Below, in pieces: positions 61,410-64,000 of a DNA stretch of 64,000 nucleotides. The stretch's first letter is position 1, and each line of letters starts with the position of its first letter. A program made the translations under genes and the position numbers. This DNA is from Phoronis australis (taxonomy: Eukaryota > Animalia > Phoronida): NCBI GenBank assembly GCA_002633005.1, contig NMRA01000005.1:2188088-2252087 (forward strand), in the 5' to 3' direction. The notes beneath the pieces were generated by a model, which ran no database searches, was not told where the DNA came from, and saw only the letters and a list, made by a program, of their open reading frames with translations.

Positions 61410-63375
61410 CTTGTTTATTTATTTTATATCGTGACCACCATTTCAGTTTTGCGAGGTCATCAAAGAAGGTTTTGTTCATTTCAGGACTAAATTTGTTTCG
61501 CTTTTGTTAATTTTTCTTGCATACATTCCGAGTTCGAATAATAACCTGAATTATAACGAGCAGTAAGAATCTTTAAATGATTATTGCAAAAAGTGTACAA
61601 ATGGTTAAGCACAGATATTCAAGAACAGAAAGGAAAAGTGAAAGCGAAGACATGTATGTACCAAAACCTTTTTCAAGCAATCCTTCAAGTCATTTCTAAT
61701 AATAAGGCCACTAGTTCACATTACAAAGCATTACATATTTTGACTGTAGATTCGCGTTTTCTTCAGATTTTAATAAGAATTTGCACAGGTTTCTTAATTC
61801 TTTTATACTTTCTGATTTCATTACATTTACAATTGTGTACAACTTACACATGGAGATTTCACAGATTATTTTTCCAAATATGAATTTTCACTAAAGCACA
61901 TTTTGTTTGTGGTTAGGTGCCAATTTATAACTAAAGAGTACATACATCCTGAGTACATTTTGAGGTATGAGATTTCCAATACACTCAGTCTAAGCAGTTT
62001 GTTTTTACTTCTCTCTCAAAATTAGGCCTACTGTGCGGATAGAACTGTGGTTTTCAAGGTGCCAAACAATTTAAATACCAGCAATGCGTGAGACACAAAA
62101 AATGTTTCACTAAATTGTTTTGCTTTCCTGTTGTGCGAGTTCCTGCAGTACGTTGTTCAAATTAATCTACAAGAAAATACTATCAATAAATATTTATAGT
62201 AACTGCTAGCTTTCAACTCGACACTTCAGTAATAACATTTTTCTTTTCTTCTCAAGTGTTCACCTTTTTGAAAACAACTACGTTTGGCTTCTGGGTGATT
62301 GCAGACATATTGCACTTCAGAAAAAAATTTCCAGCACATTTAATCGTCTGTGTACTCATGACATTGAGAGTAGCCAACTAGAGTTTTCTTGTTGGTAATG
62401 GAAATAGAACCCTTTCATGATAAGAAACTTAATGAGCCTGATTTTATGAGAGTAGAGTAAAAGGTGTAACTTTTTTGTTTTTAGCCAGCTAAAGAGGGCG
62501 AAATTCAGCTTTTAAAGATACAGTCGGCAGTCTTGATTTGTCTGGCAGACGAGGTTACCCACCAGAACATCAAAACTATTAGATTATTGGTGCTGGCTAA
62601 CCCTAAAATTATCAATTCCGAAGTGTGCTACTGTAACCTGTTGCAAAATGCCCGAAAGACGAAACTGGAGACCAGTGCTGGCAGACACGGCAACGTCTAC
62701 GACGGCCTACAGCTGCGATTATGTGCAGTATGCGCATCATCGCTTACTGCGACTGCTACTCATTACAACATGATGTTCACTAGGTTTTACTATTCCATGT
62801 TTACAGATGTTTTGACACATGTGGTCATTGTTCTGTCTGTTGTTTTAAGCTATTTGTTTTCTCATTATTACAGAAACCACCGATGAGAAGTTGGTAAGTA
62901 TCCAAGTTGAATAAAAAGTACAGCAGAAAATGTTTTGTAGAAGAGGGGAATTTTCACAAAATTTTGTAGAGATTACAGGTGATTCAAAATTACAATTGAA
63001 GTGACATTATTGGTGAAAAAATCCTTTTTTGAGATCAGCTGCAGCACGGAATTTAACCTGTTACCTCGTAGGTTTTAGTCAACGCTCTGCAGGCGGAGCT
63101 AAATGCCGTTCGATAAGTGGCGGAGTATTTCAATTGTATTATTTTGGTTAAGTCGCCGACTTTGATTTCACCGAATGTCTGGTAATAGAATCAAAAAACA
63201 GAACAGATTTTATTGTTTTGTAGCTCTGGTCAAAACTCCTAATTTCAACAACAATTCCACAAATGCACTTTTTCGGCCCAAAAACGATACTGTCCCTTAA
63301 GAGACGTATAATTGTGTAACCCACAACAAAAGTGTCACTTAGAGATTACTTACAATTATAATAACTTTTTGACAG

Positions 63376-63681
63376 GATATTCTTCTGGACAAAGTTGAGA
63401 TATTGACATTGAAAGTTGATGAACTGACGGTGGAGAACTCAAATTTAAAAGCACAAATTGCAAACCAGAAAGAGCAACAGGATATTCTTCTGGACAAAGT
63501 TGAGATATTGACATTGAAAGTTGATGAACTGACGGTGGAGAACTCAAATTTAAAAGCACTACTTGCAAACCGGAAAGAGCAATTTCAAAGGCAATTTGAT
63601 CAGATGAACGACACATTGTTGCAGTTGGAACATGAGAAAGAAGACTTGGGGTCGAGTTTGGATTGGATGGAGAATGAGAAG
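63376..63681 (+). CDS. Internal exon (102 codons, phase 0/0) of a coiled-coil protein, with an internal 105-bp tandem duplication
   Basis: Acceptor ttttgacag, donor AAG|gttaat; heptad-rich DILLDKVEILTLKVDELTVENSNLKA occurs twice; other exons not identified. Confidence 0.65.
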
Positions 63682-63905
63682 GTTAATGTTTCCGTAGTCG
63701 TAGTCTGCTTTGAGCATACATTTGGGTCCTTTCTTAAACTGCCTTGTCGCAACGTTAAGCTTGTTCCAAATTATCTTGTTTGGTTTCAATGAATTATTGA
63801 ATTTGCACTATTTGCCTGCGCCTTCAATTTAAGTGCAAATTACAACGATCGTATTTCATAAACCATGATTCTATTTCGAGCTGGGACGTTTGTGCAATAT
63901 GCATA

Positions 63906-64000
63906 TCTCTCTCCCTCCACCCCACCCCCCCCCCTCCCTCTCTGTCTCTCCTCTCCCTCTCCGTCTTCCTCTCCCCCTCCCCCTCTTCCTCCCCTCTCCG
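63906..64000. repeat. C/T-rich low-complexity tract
   Basis: Direct reading. Confidence 0.9.

Noticed and set aside
62512-63300. Possible TTAA-bounded MITE
   Set aside because: Terminal similarity (AGATACAGT versus GGGACAGT) is too weak to support without other copies

Overview
Animal (invertebrate-like, AT-rich) genomic DNA with spliceosomal introns and three assembly gaps (517-546, 13725-14331, 37413-37664); the organism cannot be named from sequence alone. I reconstructed three genes by hand from GT-AG junctions with consistent phases. (1) The 5' part of a minus-strand PhyH-family Fe(II)/2-oxoglutarate dioxygenase (4 coding exons, 10033->550, continuing off the window or into a gap). (2) A plus-strand Golgi-type GH38 alpha-mannosidase II-like gene (1080 aa) with only two coding exons, the second 2.9 kb long. 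(3) A complete 10-exon zinc-dependent MDR alcohol dehydrogenase (370 aa). An isolated coiled-coil exon lies near the right end. The rest is mostly transposon-derived: two copies of a ~960-bp MITE with 5-bp TSDs and an internal tRNA-like segment, several other MITEs, THAP-domain remnants, a LINE 3' end, and at 56.8-61.4 kb a nested cluster where a 2.4-kb foldback of two inverted Helentron/HINE-like elements replaces the interior of a Gypsy-like LTR element. The 12.4-16.3 kb duplication flanks a gap and is probably two uncollapsed haplotypes. I found no CRISPR array, rRNA or intact tRNA, and no convincing wholly new multi-gene system. The best leads are the foldback/LTR structure, the tRNA-bearing MITE and the intron-poor divergent mannosidase.
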